NCBI GenBank assembly: GCA_964388365.1
Contig: CAYMAF010000002.1
Coordinates: 1-53,184, forward strand
Source of the DNA: an uncultured Gammaproteobacteria bacterium
GTDB taxonomy: Bacteria > Pseudomonadota > Gammaproteobacteria > Steroidobacterales > Rariloculaceae
DNA length: 53,184 nt
Direction: 5' to 3'
Part shown: positions 1 to 8,800 of the stretch, piece after piece
Layout of the letters: the number at the start of each line of letters is the position of its first letter
How positions within the stretch are numbered: position 1 is the first letter of the stretch
Notes under the pieces: model-generated
The model's input: the letters and a program-made list of their open reading frames with translations, nothing else
Databases searched by the model: none
Told to the model about the DNA's origin: nothing
Program-made: the position numbers and the translations under genes

Positions 1-93
1 ATCGTCGCATTCCTCGAGTCGCTTTCGGGGCCGTTCCCGGAGCTGACGCTGCCGCAGCTGCCCCCGACCCCGGGTGACTTGCTCGAGCCGTGA
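1..93 (+). CDS. 3' end of a gene cut by the window edge; the tail resembles a di-haem cytochrome c peroxidase / MauG-family protein
   Basis: Frame 1 reads IVAFLESLSGPFPELTLPQLPPTPGDLLEP, then TGA at 91-93. Only 30 codons are visible. The family call rests on the remembered ..AFL.SL.G.. C-terminal pattern. Confidence 0.3.
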   Translation: MVAFLESLSGPFPELTLPQLPPTPGDLLEP

Positions 94-105
94 TCGCTAA
101 GAGCT

Positions 106-134
106 GCGCGGCCGCCGCCCGCAGGCGGCCGCGC
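106..134. terminator. Perfect GC-rich hairpin between convergent genes (candidate bidirectional intrinsic terminator)
   Basis: GCGCGGCCGCC (106-116), 7-nt loop gcccgca, GGCGGCCGCGC (124-134): a perfect 11-bp stem followed by ttcttc. It lies between the stop at 91-93 (+) and the pchF stop at 151-153 (-). Confidence 0.6.
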
Positions 135-150
135 TTCTTCGCCTCGACTC

Positions 151-1722
151 TCAGGCGCCGTCGTACGCGTCCAGGTCGATACCCGAGCGGCCGGGTGCGA
201 GGATATTGTTCGGATCCAAGGCACGCTTGATCGAGTGCTCCAGATCCCGCTTCACCTGCCCGTAGCTGCGCGCGACGCGTTCCTGGAAACGGGTCGCGAC
301 GCGGTACACCGCGTAGCCCTCCTTCTCGAACTCGTCGAGCAGCTCGTTGAAGCACGCATCGGCACGCTGGCTCTCCTCGGGATTCGCACGATTGAAAAGC
401 ACGTCGATCACGTGATGCATGTCGCGCGGCCCGACGATGAACTCGGCCACGTAGTCGAGGCCGTGCTTGTGCAGAATCTCCTTCGCCATCCGCGCCTGCT
501 TACGGCATTCGCTGCCGCGTGCCTCGCTCACGGGCGCGAACCACATCGACCCGCCGCCGCCGCGCCAGTTGTATAGCCCGAACTCTTGCAGATTCGGCAC
601 GCCGGACATCAGCTCCGCGCGGTACTTGAACGGCTGCGTGTCGCCGGCCTCCTCCTGCGTGACGATACGGCCCTTGCCTAGCCTCGAGAACGCATCGGTG
701 ACGATCTTCCAGTTCACGTCGACCTGCTCCTCAGTGCCGTAGAGCGCGGCGTATAGGTTCCAGGCGCCCATGCCCGTGTCTTCCTGGATCCTCCTCAAGA
801 CGTGGTCCGGCGTATGGCCCGGCTCGGTCGTGTAGTCGGAGCGGCGCACCTGCGCACTACCGGCTTCCCAGAGCACGTTCGCGATCACGACGGCGTTCGG
901 AATCGTCCCGGTAATCCGTAGCGGCCGAAGGACGTCGACGATCTCGACGATGTCCTCCTCGCTGTCGAAGATCACCTCGAACGGCTTGTACGCCGGAGGC
1001 TTCGGCATCAGCCAGAAGCCCATCTTCGTCACGATGCCGTAATTCGCCTGAGTGAACATGCCGTCGAGCGTCGGCCCGAACCCCCATTTGAAAATCTGCC
1101 ACGTATTGCTGCCTTGCACGCCGCCCATGCCCGTTCGATAGACCTCGCCGCTCGGCAGCACGACCTCCATGCCGCACTGCATCATGAAGTGCTCTCCGTA
1201 AGGCGTGTAGCCGACGCCGCGGTCCATCGTGTTCCCGACGGGCCCGGCGATTGCCGAAGGCGCGGGGAACGACAGCATCAACGGCAGATCATTCTCTTCG
1301 ATGTAATCGTAAAGCTGCTGGTAGGTGACGCCCGGCTCGACTAGCGCGTAGCACATCTCCGGATCGACCTTGAGGATTCGGTTCATCTTCTTCAGGTCGA
1401 GAATCACCTGACCGCGCTGGCCCGGTGCAGCCGAGCCGTAGCCGAAGTTGCGGCCGGTCGAGATCGGCCAGATCGGCACCTTGTGCTCGTTGCAGATCCG
1501 TACGATGCCCTGCACCTGCTCGACGGTGGTCGCGGTCAGCGCTGCCGAAGGAGCGTGCTCGGCGTTGCTCGCCGACATCATGATCTTGTTGTACGGCAGC
1601 AGGTGCTCGGAATCGACGAGCACGTTCTCCTCGCCGAGCAACGCGCGGAACTTCTCGACCGCCTGCCTGAACTCGTCCTGCGTGAGCCCTCTCGGCAACA
1701 CGTCGAAGTTTTCGTCCGCCAT
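151..1722 (-). CDS. pchF: Flavoprotein subunit of a flavocytochrome c 4-alkylphenol / p-cresol methylhydroxylase (VAO/PCMH FAD-binding family)
   Basis: 523-aa ORF with VAO/PCMH-type segments (PISTGRNFGYGSAAP, LYNWRGGGGSMWFAPV). It lies directly downstream of a small cytochrome c gene and a pchX-like ORF, the order described for pchCXF clusters. Confidence 0.85.
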   Translation of the reverse strand: MADENFDVLPRGLTQDEFRQAVEKFRALLGEENVLVDSEHLLPYNKIMMSASNAEHAPSAALTATTVEQVQGIVRICNEHKVPIWPISTGRNFGYGSAAPGQRGQVILDLKKMNRILKVDPEMCYALVEPGVTYQQLYDYIEENDLPLMLSFPAPSAIAGPVGNTMDRGVGYTPYGEHFMMQCGMEVVLPSGEVYRTGMGGVQGSNTWQIFKWGFGPTLDGMFTQANYGIVTKMGFWLMPKPPAYKPFEVIFDSEEDIVEIVDVLRPLRITGTIPNAVVIANVLWEAGSAQVRRSDYTTEPGHTPDHVLRRIQEDTGMGAWNLYAALYGTEEQVDVNWKIVTDAFSRLGKGRIVTQEEAGDTQPFKYRAELMSGVPNLQEFGLYNWRGGGGSMWFAPVSEARGSECRKQARMAKEILHKHGLDYVAEFIVGPRDMHHVIDVLFNRANPEESQRADACFNELLDEFEKEGYAVYRVATRFQERVARSYGQVKRDLEHSIKRALDPNNILAPGRSGIDLDAYDGA

Positions 1723-1735
1723 GGATCAGACTCCT

Positions 1736-2434
1736 TCAAGCCGTGATCGAAAAGGAAGCGAAGCTGCCGCTCGGCCCAGGCTCGACGCGCGGCGCAGCCC
1801 GTGTCCACGGCGCGGCGAGCGGCGCGACGAGCGACGCGAGCGCATAGCCGACACCCGAGGCCCAGTCGGCCGTCGACCGGCCGCCGCGGTGAGGCGGCGC
1901 CCAGCGAGTCGACGAAGCGATGCGACTTCGGCGCTCCTCGATCAGCTCGAAGGCCGTGCCGTCGACTTCGAGCCGGCGCGCGAGGTCGACCAGCGAGCCG
2001 GCCGAGCGATCGGTATCGAATACCCGATGACGCGTGAAGCCCGCTTCCGACGTATGCAGTCCGAGCCACTGGACGCGGGCCCCGTGAGCTCTCGCGAGGT
2101 CGACGGCCAAGGTCGCCGACGCGTTATCCAGCAGGCCGATGATTCGGGTCGGTCGACTGCCGGCCGAAAGCAGCCGTTCGAAGCGCGTCAAGAACGCGAA
2201 ACCGGTGTCGACCCGCTCGGCTTGCAGCCGCGCACCGCTCGCGATCGCGGCGCCGTGCAGGAACATCGAGCCCGCCGCGTCGTCATTGACGAACGCAAGC
2301 AGCGGCGGCGCACTCGAGGGTGCCGAGCGTTCGCCGGGCGAAGCGGCGAGCCAGTCGATCGAGCCGTGCGCCGCCCATCCGGCGACGCTTCCGAGCGCAA
2401 AGCCCTTCAGCACGAGGCGGCGATTGATCTCCAT
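1736..2434 (-). CDS. PchX-like protein of unknown function with a twin-arginine-type leader
   Basis: Start moved from the ORF-track 2602 to ATG 2434 (MEINRRLVLKGFALGSVAGWAAHG; RRLVLK fits the Tat consensus). It sits 10 nt after the cytochrome gene stop and 13 nt before the pchF start. No catalytic motif recognised. The position equals pchX of described pchACXF clusters. Confidence 0.6.
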   Translation of the reverse strand: MEINRRLVLKGFALGSVAGWAAHGSIDWLAASPGERSAPSSAPPLLAFVNDDAAGSMFLHGAAIASGARLQAERVDTGFAFLTRFERLLSAGSRPTRIIGLLDNASATLAVDLARAHGARVQWLGLHTSEAGFTRHRVFDTDRSAGSLVDLARRLEVDGTAFELIEERRSRIASSTRWAPPHRGGRSTADWASGVGYALASLVAPLAAPWTRAAPRVEPGPSGSFASFSITA

Positions 2435-2444
2435 CGTCAGCTCC

Positions 2445-2819
2445 TCAAGGCTGGGACGCCGGGGCCGGCAGACTCGACAGATACTCCGCGACGAGAGCGA
2501 TCGATTCGTCGTCGATATAGGACGCCGGGAACGCCGGCATCGCATTGAGTCCGCTCCGTAGGATTGCGCGGACGTACACTTCCGGCAGGACACGGCCGGC
2601 AAGCACTGTGCCCACGCCGACCGCGGGATCGTGGCAGTAGGCGCAGACCTTCTCGTACAGCTCCTTTCCGCTTTCCCATCGGCGCTCCGACGGCGCCTGC
2701 CGCTGGGCGGCGGTCTCGTGCTCGCCGCTCGTCTGGGCCGTCGCCGTCAGGCAGGCGAACGGCAGTACGACGGCCGCAGCCAGCACCCATCCCGTCTTGA
2801 TGCTCAGCGGAGCTCGCAT
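2445..2819 (-). CDS. pchC: Mono-haem cytochrome c subunit of the flavocytochrome hydroxylase
   Basis: Start moved to ATG 2819 (MRAPLSIKTGWVLAAAVVLPFACLTATAQT signal peptide). Single CAYCH haem-binding motif, with a downstream Met region LNAMPAF. About 124 aa. Confidence 0.8.
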   Translation of the reverse strand: MRAPLSIKTGWVLAAAVVLPFACLTATAQTSGEHETAAQRQAPSERRWESGKELYEKVCAYCHDPAVGVGTVLAGRVLPEVYVRAILRSGLNAMPAFPASYIDDESIALVAEYLSSLPAPASQP

Positions 2820-2952
2820 GCTCGAACCTCCCGTCACCGACCGATGCCGCACAACCAAGACGGCACCGACTGCACGTCTTGCTTTTCGGAGCGAGCTTCG
2901 TGCCACCCGCCGAGGCAGCGGGGCGCATCCGAGCTCGCAAGCCGCATCATCG

Positions 2953-4041
2953 TCAGCCCAGCCGCAGGATCGGCTTGATCGTCACGCCCCGCGCCGAATC
3001 CTCGAAAGCCTCGTTGATCTGCTCGAACCGATAAAACTTCACGAGCTTGTCGAACGGAAAGCGGCCCGCCTTGAAGTACTCGACCAACTTCGGGATGAAA
3101 ACCCGCGGAACCGAGTCGCCTTCGATGACGCCGATCATGCTCTTGCCTTCGGCCATCAGGTCGTTATGCACGTCGATATTCATTTCCGGCGTCACGCCGA
3201 CGATCGCGGCTTCGCCGAGCGGCCGCAACGCGTGCAGGCATTGGCGCACGACGGCCGGCACGCCCGTGCTCTCGACCGCGTAGTGCGTGCCGCCGCCGGA
3301 CGCGCTCCTGATCGCTTCGACGACGTTCACATTCTTGCCGTTCAGCGCGTGTGTCGCGCCGAGCTCCTTCGCGAGCTCGAGGCGGTTGTCGTGCACATCG
3401 ATCGCAAATATCCGGCTGCAGCCCGCGATCCTCGCCGCCATGATCGCGCTCAGGCCGACCGCGCCGCAACCGTAAATCGCGATCGAGGTGCCGAACGCGG
3501 GTCTCAAGCGGTTGAGGACCGTGCCTGCCCCGGTCTGGATCCCGCAACCCAACGGTCCGAGCAGCGCCAAATCGACGTCTTTGTCGACCTTCACGACGTT
3601 GCGCTCATGCGCGACCGCGTACGTGCCGAACGACGATTGACCGAAGAAGGTCGCGAGCGGCGTCTCGCCTTGATGCAGACGATGGGAATCGTCTTCCATC
3701 CGCCCGCCGAAGTTGAGGTCGTTGAAGCGCAGGCAAACGCTCGGGTACCCCGTCAGACAGTTCTCGCAACGGCCGCAATGCGCGAACGAGAGGACCACGT
3801 GATCGCCCGGCGCGACGCTCGTGACATTGTCTCCGACCTGCTCGATGACGCCCGCGCCTTCGTGGCCGAGGACGATCGGATACGGAGCGATGCCGAGATC
3901 GCGCGCGACGGCGTCGGTATGACAGACCCCGGTCGCGACGACCTTGATCAGCGCTTCGTTCGCCTTCGGCGTCGACAGAGTCACTTCCTCGATTACGAAA
4001 TCCTCACCCTTCGCGCGGGTGATCGCGGCTTGAATCTTCAT
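2953..4041 (-). CDS. Zn-dependent aryl/benzyl-alcohol dehydrogenase (MDR family, XylB-like)
   Basis: Start at ATG 4041 (MKIQAAITRAKGEDF). Motifs: GVCHTD, GHEGAGVIEQVG, structural-Zn CGRCENC, Rossmann IAIYGCGAVGL. Same strand and upstream of pchC. Confidence 0.85.
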   Translation of the reverse strand: MKIQAAITRAKGEDFVIEEVTLSTPKANEALIKVVATGVCHTDAVARDLGIAPYPIVLGHEGAGVIEQVGDNVTSVAPGDHVVLSFAHCGRCENCLTGYPSVCLRFNDLNFGGRMEDDSHRLHQGETPLATFFGQSSFGTYAVAHERNVVKVDKDVDLALLGPLGCGIQTGAGTVLNRLRPAFGTSIAIYGCGAVGLSAIMAARIAGCSRIFAIDVHDNRLELAKELGATHALNGKNVNVVEAIRSASGGGTHYAVESTGVPAVVRQCLHALRPLGEAAIVGVTPEMNIDVHNDLMAEGKSMIGVIEGDSVPRVFIPKLVEYFKAGRFPFDKLVKFYRFEQINEAFEDSARGVTIKPILRLG

Positions 4042-4237
4042 GCCGTTGCTCCGTGCGCTCGCCCTTTTGAACATCGTCGAAGATAGTCTAGCGCGTGAGG
4101 CCGCCTCGGTCGCTACCCACAACTTTCAACGAATGAGCGCGCGACGGCGCCGTTGCCACATTTCGCCAGAACATCGGCCGCGGATCGCCATTCGAGACGA
4201 CGAGACTATCGGCACCTCCAGCTCGAAGGGTTTGAGC

Positions 4238-5716
4238 ATGGGTGAACGTCTCGATCGAGCTCGCGGGAGCGTCACGCTCAAGATCCTGCTCATCGGCTTC
4301 CTAGCGCTGCTGCTGCTGATACCGGCGAAGATGATCGAAGGTCTGATCGGCGAGCGCGGCGCACGCGCCGCCGCGGCGCGAGCGGAGGTCGGCAACTTCT
4401 GGGGTAACGCCCAGACGGCCGGCGGTCCGATGCTCGCGCTGCCTTTTCGGTATACGGAGACGGTCGGCGGCGAGCCGACTCGCATCGGCGATGTGCTGCT
4501 CGTGCTGCCCGAGCGGCTGACGATCGACGGTCGGCTCGAGATCGAGACGCGGCGGCGCAGTATCTACGAGGTGCCAGTCTATACGGCGAAGCTCGACATC
4601 GCCGGTGACCTGCGACCGCCGGATCTCGCCGACCTTACGGATACGTTTCCGGACATCGAGTTTCTTTGGAACGACGCGACGATCGTCCTGCCGCTGTCCG
4701 ACCCGCGCGCGCTCTCCGAGCCCGTACGAATTCGACTCGCGGATGCGGAGGCCGAGCTCGAGGCCGCGAGCGGCCCGCGCTGCGTCGGGAGCGCACCGAC
4801 ACCGGGCGCGCTGCCAGCCGTTGCCGGGACGCCCCCATTTCGCTCCGCCGCAAGCCCGCTGAACGCGCTCGCCGCGGCGGCGCCGGCTCGGGTCTGCATC
4901 TCGGGAAGCCGGCTCACGGCCCGATACGCGGCCCTCGGTCTCGAGCCGCTCGACGCGGCGCAGCGCTTCTCGATGCAGCTCACGATTCGCGGCACCGGCC
5001 GGCTCCATTTCCTTCCGCTCGGCGACGTGACGGACGTGAATCTCGTATCGTCGTGGCGATCGCCGAGCTTCAACGGATCGTTCGCGCCGATCCAGCGTAC
5101 CGTCACGGACGACGGTTTCACCGCCGCCTGGCGCGTGCTCGCTTTCGGCCGCGGCTATCCGTCGAGCGGGCTGCGATCCGAGGGCTACGAGCAGATGTTC
5201 GCGGTATCGTCGTTCGGCGTCGACCTTCTGCCGCCGCTCGGCGTGCACCAGGCGAGCCTGCGCGCGGTGAAATACGCGATCCTCTTCGTCGGCTTGACGT
5301 TCCTCGTCTATTTTCTCTGCGAAGTCTTTGCGGGCCTCAGGCTGCACGCGCTGCAATATCTCTCGGTCGGAGTCGCGAACTCGCTGTTCTTTCTGCTGCT
5401 CCTCGCGCTCGCCGAGCATATCGGCTTCGAGCTCGCCTACGTCGCGAGCGCGCTCGGGTCGATACTACTGATCACCGCGTACAGCGCGGCGGCCCTCGGG
5501 ACCGGGCGGCGCGCGCTCTATGTCGCGGGCCTGCTTTCGCTCGTCTATGCGTATCTCTACATCGCGGTCAGAGCCGAGGACTACGCGCTGCTGATCGGCG
5601 CACTCGGCCTGTTCGCAGCGGTCGCGGCGTTCATGATGCTCACTCGAAGAGTCGACTGGTTCGCGCTGAGCTTCGAGGCGCAGCGGGACGGCTCTCCATA
5701 CGATCGGACCTCGTAA
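4238..5716 (+). CDS. creD: Cell-envelope integrity inner-membrane protein CreD
   Basis: Start at ATG 4238 (MGERLDRARGSVTLKILLIGFLALLLLIP). The C-terminal membrane block KYAILFVGLTFLVYFLCEVF...LQYLSVGVANSLFFLLLLALAEHIGF closely parallels E. coli CreD. Confidence 0.8.
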   Translation: MGERLDRARGSVTLKILLIGFLALLLLIPAKMIEGLIGERGARAAAARAEVGNFWGNAQTAGGPMLALPFRYTETVGGEPTRIGDVLLVLPERLTIDGRLEIETRRRSIYEVPVYTAKLDIAGDLRPPDLADLTDTFPDIEFLWNDATIVLPLSDPRALSEPVRIRLADAEAELEAASGPRCVGSAPTPGALPAVAGTPPFRSAASPLNALAAAAPARVCISGSRLTARYAALGLEPLDAAQRFSMQLTIRGTGRLHFLPLGDVTDVNLVSSWRSPSFNGSFAPIQRTVTDDGFTAAWRVLAFGRGYPSSGLRSEGYEQMFAVSSFGVDLLPPLGVHQASLRAVKYAILFVGLTFLVYFLCEVFAGLRLHALQYLSVGVANSLFFLLLLALAEHIGFELAYVASALGSILLITAYSAAALGTGRRALYVAGLLSLVYAYLYIAVRAEDYALLIGALGLFAAVAAFMMLTRRVDWFALSFEAQRDGSPYDRTS

Positions 5717-5866
5717 GAGCGCGCGCGTGCTCTCGCACGCCCGGATCGCCGGCGACGCGCTGCAGATCGTCGGTTACACGGCGGCCTGCGCCTGCCGCTC
5801 ACGTTCGGCGGCCGCACCGGATGCAAGCGCCGTGCACCGGAGCGCGGCGCCGACGCGACGATAGCG

Positions 5867-6622
5867 TCAGAGGTCGGCCGCCGGCTTACGAGCGGACAGC
5901 GCGAAATACGACTGCGAGCGCATACCGCTCCCGAAACGGCCTGCCGTGTAGAGCACCGACGCGAAGATGCGGTTCATGAAGCCGAGGAACTCGGGGTTGA
6001 ACCGCGCGGTCATGAAATCGACACGCACGTCGGTAAACCCCGCTGCAAGCAGCTCTTCGGTGACCTTTTCCGGATCGAGATATACCTCGTCGTCGGAATA
6101 GATCTTGATCATCTTGCGGATGAGCTCTCGATCCCGGAGAAAGCGCATGACGCCCCGGTACCACGCCCGATCGTTGGGCTCGAAGCAGAAAAAGCAGCCG
6201 CCCGGTCTCAGCACGCGAAACGCGCCGGCGAGCGCCTTCTTCATGTCCGGAAGATGGTGCAGTCCAGAAAAGAGCAGCACGACGTCGAATTCCTCGTCTC
6301 CGAAGGGAAGATCCTGGGCATCACCGTACACGGCCCTGACGTGCGGCAATCGGTTCTGCAGCGCGGCGAGCAGAGTACGAGAAAGATCGACGCCGGTATA
6401 CGAGCGATATCGTTTCGGAATCTTCCGAGCGAACGCGCCCCCTCCGATGCACAGCTCGAGAACGTCGCCGTCGAGCTTCGGAATGCACGCTATCGCTCGA
6501 TCCTTCGTCTCGTCCGAAGACCAATCGTAATCTTCGTACGTTTCCCAGTAAGACTGCTCTATGGCAAGAGCTCGATCGTCGGTCGAGCCCTGGGCGGGGC
6601 TATTGCTGGCTACATCACTCAC
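5867..6622 (-). CDS. Class I SAM-dependent methyltransferase (Methyltransf_11/UbiE-like)
   Basis: GTG start at 6622-6620 overlaps the upstream TGA (GTGA, 6619-6622). Motif I VLELCIGGGAFA, post-I TGVDLS, motif II/III FDVVLLFSGLHHLPD...LRPGGCFFCFEP. The long 5' extension in the ORF track overlaps the upstream gene and is not credible. Confidence 0.8.
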   Translation of the reverse strand: MSDVASNSPAQGSTDDRALAIEQSYWETYEDYDWSSDETKDRAIACIPKLDGDVLELCIGGGAFARKIPKRYRSYTGVDLSRTLLAALQNRLPHVRAVYGDAQDLPFGDEEFDVVLLFSGLHHLPDMKKALAGAFRVLRPGGCFFCFEPNDRAWYRGVMRFLRDRELIRKMIKIYSDDEVYLDPEKVTEELLAAGFTDVRVDFMTARFNPEFLGFMNRIFASVLYTAGRFGSGMRSQSYFALSARKPAADL

Positions 6623-7971
6623 GAGACTGCTCCTCGACCGCCTTTTCCTATCGAGTTCAACCAGGATCTCAGCTGACGCATTCGACCCAGCGTCCTCCAG
6701 TAGATATCTTCCATCAGGATATGCGCGAACTCTGCGTTCCGGCCCGCGCAGTACAAGCCCTCGATCGGCAGCCCTTTCTCGAGCTCCCGGCGCTCCGCCT
6801 CGTACTCGTTCAAATACACGGGATAGCCGACCGGAGTCTTGACCACGCGGCACCCCTCGAAGCGTTGCCGTGCGGAGGGGAACATCGCCTCCAGATGATC
6901 GAGACAAAGCTCCCCGATCGCTTCCTCGTCCATCTGATAGTACTCGCTGTCGGTCTCGCAACCGATGTCCACATTGACGGTCGTCATGCCGTCCGGCGCG
7001 AGCCACGGCACCGATTGCGGAACCTCGGTGAGCCGAAAGAACGGATGTTCCTTCCCGGGAACCCATGTCGTGACGGCGGGAAGGAACGGGCGGCCGCGAA
7101 AAATCAATGTGGCGAGCACCATCGGCCGGTACCTGAAACGCTCGAGATGCTCGAGAGCGTCCGAGCCCTCGACGAGCCGCGGCAATATGTGCACCGGCGC
7201 GGTGCTTATCGCCGCTGCGACTTCCTGTTCTCGACCGTTGACGCGTATCGCGCGCACCCGATTACTCTCGACGAGGATCGACTCCACTCGCGTCTCCAGC
7301 ACGATCTGGTCTTCCATCCCCGCTGCGAGACTTTGACACAGCTCTACCATGCCTCCCCGCGGATAGACGTGCCAGACATGCGGACTTTCGGCCTTCTCCC
7401 GGGAGAATCCGTTCGCCACCGCACGGCCGCTCGCGCGACCCGAGATCTTCAGCGTGAGGACGTTCAGCACGCCTCTATCGACATGCGGCGGGATGACCGC
7501 CGGAGAAAGCTCGTCTGCGGAAACGCCGGACCATTTCTCGAGCAGCGGGATGGCGACGTCCTCCGCCATCCGATTCCCGTAGGTCACACGATAGCTTTCC
7601 GCCGCCGACGTTACGTTGGTCTTGCCGAGCGAACGGAGCCGTGCGGCCATTGCGCTCGCGACGAGCCGCGGAGACCGCAGCAGGCCGAACGGAAAGCCGT
7701 ATACCTTTCCGTTAAGATAGACCGCCTCGTCATAGTGCGTGACCGTATAGCACCTCTCCGACACCCCTAGCGCCGTCGCGAGACGATTGGTAATGAGATG
7801 GGCGCCGAAGTCGTACTTCACGCCGCGCTTATCCGTGAAGGACTGCGCCATGCCGGCGATCGCTTTGCCCGCTTCGTACACCTGTACTGCGTAGCCCCTT
7901 CGGTGCAAATCATTGGCAGCCGTCAGCCCGGCGATGCCCGCACCCAAAACCGCAACAGGCGGGATATTCAT
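6619..7971 (-). CDS. NAD(P)/FAD-dependent oxidoreductase (amine-oxidase / phytoene-desaturase / protoporphyrinogen-oxidase-like fold)
   Basis: N-terminal dinucleotide fold VAVLGAGIAGLTAANDLHRRGYAVQVYEAGKAIAGMA followed by YDFGAHLI. 450 aa. Confidence 0.8.
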   Translation of the reverse strand: MNIPPVAVLGAGIAGLTAANDLHRRGYAVQVYEAGKAIAGMAQSFTDKRGVKYDFGAHLITNRLATALGVSERCYTVTHYDEAVYLNGKVYGFPFGLLRSPRLVASAMAARLRSLGKTNVTSAAESYRVTYGNRMAEDVAIPLLEKWSGVSADELSPAVIPPHVDRGVLNVLTLKISGRASGRAVANGFSREKAESPHVWHVYPRGGMVELCQSLAAGMEDQIVLETRVESILVESNRVRAIRVNGREQEVAAAISTAPVHILPRLVEGSDALEHLERFRYRPMVLATLIFRGRPFLPAVTTWVPGKEHPFFRLTEVPQSVPWLAPDGMTTVNVDIGCETDSEYYQMDEEAIGELCLDHLEAMFPSARQRFEGCRVVKTPVGYPVYLNEYEAERRELEKGLPIEGLYCAGRNAEFAHILMEDIYWRTLGRMRQLRSWLNSIGKGGRGAVS

Positions 7972-7984
7972 TTCTTGAACGCCT

Positions 7985-8800
7985 TTAGTTCTTTTCCAGT
8001 CGGGCGACGAGGATGGCCCCCTTGCCGCGCGCCGCGGCGACGGCCTCGATCAGGTAGGCCACGGCCGCGGGAACGACCCAGCCGCCCGTCATCAGCTTCG
8101 TCGTGAGCTTCGACGCCCTCCAATCGGCCAGCCAGTTTCGAACCGACTGCAGCCAAGCCTCGGGAGCCGAAACCGTTCGGCTTCCGGTCACTTTGAAGCC
8201 CGCTTGCTCGGCGAGCCTTTCGATTCCGCGAATGGAAAAGTGCTGACGCGATCCGGGGAAGCGATATGCGAACCAATGCCTGCCGCCGAACACTTCGAAG
8301 CAGCTCGAGCGGACGTTTCCGACGACGACATCCACGGTGCCATCGTCTTTGAGCATCCTCCTTAGGCGCTGCAACAATTGCGCAGGCGACGAGGACGATT
8401 CCAACGCGAGCGGCAACAATATGTGATCGAAGCACTGCCCCTCCGGGCATCGTGCAAGCAGCTCGGCTTCGTCGGTCGGTGCGAGCATAAAATGATAGCC
8501 CGCCGAAACCTCGAGCTTCTGGCGATCGATAACCCGCTCGAAGACGGCCACCGCGTCTCGCGTGGCGTCGGCCGAGCCCTGACCCTTCTCGTAAGGCGGA
8601 GCCAGGTAAACCGTGCCGCAATCTTCGCACTGCATGACGACCGCAGCGGCGAGGGAACCGCCGAAGGCTCCTGTCACGCCCAAAGTTTCACCGCCGTCTG
8701 AGCCGCACACCGGGCACAGCATCATGAGCGTTGCCGCGTGCTCTTGCCCATCAGCGGCCTCAGGCCCCATCGATCCAGCCGTCGACGCCATATCAGCCAT
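7985..8800 (-). CDS. Methyltransferase-like protein with an N-terminal CxxC...CxxC zinc-ribbon; motif I apparently degenerate
   Basis: CPVCGSDGG...CEDCGTVY ribbon. The C-terminal half matches the class I MTase pattern (FDHILLPLALESSSSPAQLLQRLRRMLKDDGTVDVVVGN), but I cannot find a GxGxG motif. The start overlaps the upstream gene stop by 8 nt (8793-8800). Confidence 0.55.
   Translation of the reverse strand: MADMASTAGSMGPEAADGQEHAATLMMLCPVCGSDGGETLGVTGAFGGSLAAAVVMQCEDCGTVYLAPPYEKGQGSADATRDAVAVFERVIDRQKLEVSAGYHFMLAPTDEAELLARCPEGQCFDHILLPLALESSSSPAQLLQRLRRMLKDDGTVDVVVGNVRSSCFEVFGGRHWFAYRFPGSRQHFSIRGIERLAEQAGFKVTGSRTVSAPEAWLQSVRNWLADWRASKLTTKLMTGGWVVPAAVAYLIEAVAAARGKGAILVARLEKN

Noticed and set aside
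2424-2437. Second FNR-like site TTGATctccATCGT at the pchX-like start
   Set aside because: Only one half-site matches. It overlaps the start codon and is most likely chance.
5717-5866. Terminator hairpin after creD (agagcgcgcgcgtgctct)
   Set aside because: The stem is only 5-6 bp with a G-T pair and there is no U tract, which is too weak to annotate.
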